Origin: a virus
Taxonomy: Duplodnaviria; Caudoviricetes
IMG/VR virus record: IMGVR_UViG_3300028802_000018
Span: 1-55,638 of that record
DNA: 55,638 nucleotides
Direction: 5' to 3' (one strand)
A program made the position numbers and the translations under genes. The notes beneath the pieces were generated by a model. It was not told where the DNA came from. It saw only the letters and a list, made by a program, of their open reading frames with translations, and did not search any database. Within the stretch, counting starts at the first letter, position 1, and each line of letters starts with the position of its first letter. Positions 54,564 to 55,638 of the stretch are shown here, piece after piece.

Positions 54564-54887
54564 TCAATCTAGATCATAGAGAGCAATGATTGACGTGCAA
54601 TTAGTATTAGTAACCATCACCCTCTTAACCCGAAATGGTATAATTGCGCCAGATTGAACATTGGTAAAGGTTACAGCCGACGTATCGTTTGCTAGAATGA
54701 CCGCTATGTTGCAGGCCGTAGCATCACCGATATAAATCCCCACAGTGACACCACCGGGGAGATTTACCGTATTGCTTGTCGCAGCGATCACCGCTTTCCA
54801 AGCCTGATTTGTTGGGCTAGTAGGAGGAGGACCGGCCTCGGCTGCAAAACCAAGAATGATGAATAGAACGAAGATCAGTGATTTCAT
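54564..54887 (-). CDS. Head-spike base protein (RcGTA Rcc01079-like) with Sec signal peptide
   Basis: AGGAG RBS; MKSLIFVLFIILGFAAEA-G; GIYIG....NIAV.......VTF.NV..G.I.PFRVKRV..T.T....IIALY. Confidence 0.75.
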   Translation of the reverse strand: MKSLIFVLFIILGFAAEAGPPPTSPTNQAWKAVIAATSNTVNLPGGVTVGIYIGDATACNIAVILANDTSAVTFTNVQSGAIIPFRVKRVMVTNTNCTSIIALYDLD

Positions 54888-54898
54888 TTCATCAACTC

Positions 54899-55315
54899 CT
54901 ACGGGGACCGAGCCACTATGAACCAATTCGTACCATTAAAGGCAAATGTGGCCGACCCGTAATCCGACGTTATCACATGAGTGCTTGCGCCGTCTATCGT
55001 ACCAGACGACGGGCTTACGGTGATATTATTGGTTCCGGCAGAACCGCTCGCATCTGAAACGCGGACGATATTTGCCCCCTGCGGTGCAACCGGGAGAAAG
55101 ATAGCCGATGCGGCACCGATAAATATAAACGCTGTCCCGATCCCAGCCGGAATGACCCCGTTTGCCGTAATGTTGACGTATTGCATCGATGCGGCAAAGC
55201 CGGCTACAATGTCGTTGGTGTCGGCATCAAACCGCGACGCTGTTATCGGGACGCCCGCCGTGGCGTCGTTGACCCAACTGTAAAGCCGCGAAAACACATT
55301 TCCAGTCCACGCCAC
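54899..55315 (-). CDS. Short tail-fibre anchor protein, no signal peptide
   Basis: MAW.G.VF.R.YSW..D...G..I.ASRFD.D..DI..G attachment-type domain; NNITV.P..GTIDG....I..DYGS.TF..NGTNW. Confidence 0.7.
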   Translation of the reverse strand: MAWTGNVFSRLYSWVNDATAGVPITASRFDADTNDIVAGFAASMQYVNITANGVIPAGIGTAFIFIGAASAIFLPVAPQGANIVRVSDASGSAGTNNITVSPSSGTIDGASTHVITSDYGSATFAFNGTNWFIVARSP

Positions 55316-55439
55316 CTGTCATATTCCTTCCATCGGATGGGCGCGCCTCATCACGGCGGACCCATCATTAACGATAATCTACCCTTGCAGACGATCCAGC
55401 GCTACCGACATAGATGGGTGAACCGTTGGGGACAATACC

Positions 55440-55638
55440 ATGATCTGGGCTGACAAGCTGGCGCTGGTTTCGCTAGTAACGATTTGCGCTGTCTTGGCGC
55501 TCGGCCTCGTAATGACAGGGACTCTCCACGAATTCCGCCCAAACGGTGCGGTAAAATTTCTGACTTTTGTGATTGGAATCCCCTGGATCGCGCTTCGGAT
55601 AATCCACACGATCTGTGGCGGTCCTTTCTGGAAAAGGA
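55440..55638 (+). CDS. Two-TM membrane protein, truncated at window end
   Basis: Hand-translated MIWADKLALVSLVTICAVLALGLV...FLTFVIGIPWIALRII; GGGGA RBS. Confidence 0.55.
   Translation, partial: MIWADKLALVSLVTICAVLALGLVMTGTLHEFRPNGAVKFLTFVIGIPWIALRIIHTICGGPFWKR

Larger units (their letters stand above)
1..55638. mobile_element. Tailed dsDNA bacteriophage genome, podovirus-like, probable alphaproteobacterial host; near-complete
   Basis: TerS/TerL, portal, scaffold, capsid, neck/tail, lysis and replication modules present; no tape measure or sheath seen; GapR/GcrA homologues; no host genes. Confidence 0.93.

Noticed and set aside
1-55638. Terminal repeat or closed circle; tRNA genes
   Set aside because: Ends do not overlap and the left ORF does not obviously continue at the right end; no tRNA cloverleaf noticed by eye (tRNAscan not run)

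Overview
Almost the whole window is one tailed dsDNA phage genome of podovirus-like organisation, with no host genes, integrase or DNA polymerase visible. GapR- and GcrA-like genes point to an alphaproteobacterial host. Both ends fall in or next to the DNA-ejection-protein region, so this is probably a circularly permuted, slightly incomplete genome. Most genes are on the minus strand, read as: fibre/spike module, lysis, Cro-like early/replication operon (methylases, helicase, nucleases, SSB, primase-helicase), terminase, portal, scaffold, capsid, glycosylation genes, neck/tail. Two plus-strand strings of tiny genes interrupt this. Main highlights: (1) eight fibre/spike/beta-helix or fibre-module proteins carry Sec- or Tat-type signal peptides, including an RcGTA-like head-spike base, a GIGIGIG adaptor and a fibre, while their apparent docking partners on the virion have none, suggesting appendages that fold in the periplasm and join the virion at or after lysis; (2) a complete type III hammerhead ribozyme whose stem/loop II holds the Shine-Dalgarno of the first gene of a small-gene operon, with a competing upstream helix; (3) a portal gene split in a Pro-rich linker by three coupled genes, one an ADP-ribosyltransferase-like protein; (4) a glycosyltransferase/acetyltransferase pair among the head genes; (5) an RHH gene with its own leaderless promoter and palindrome heading the lysis genes. 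All family assignments come from motif recognition by eye, not database searches.
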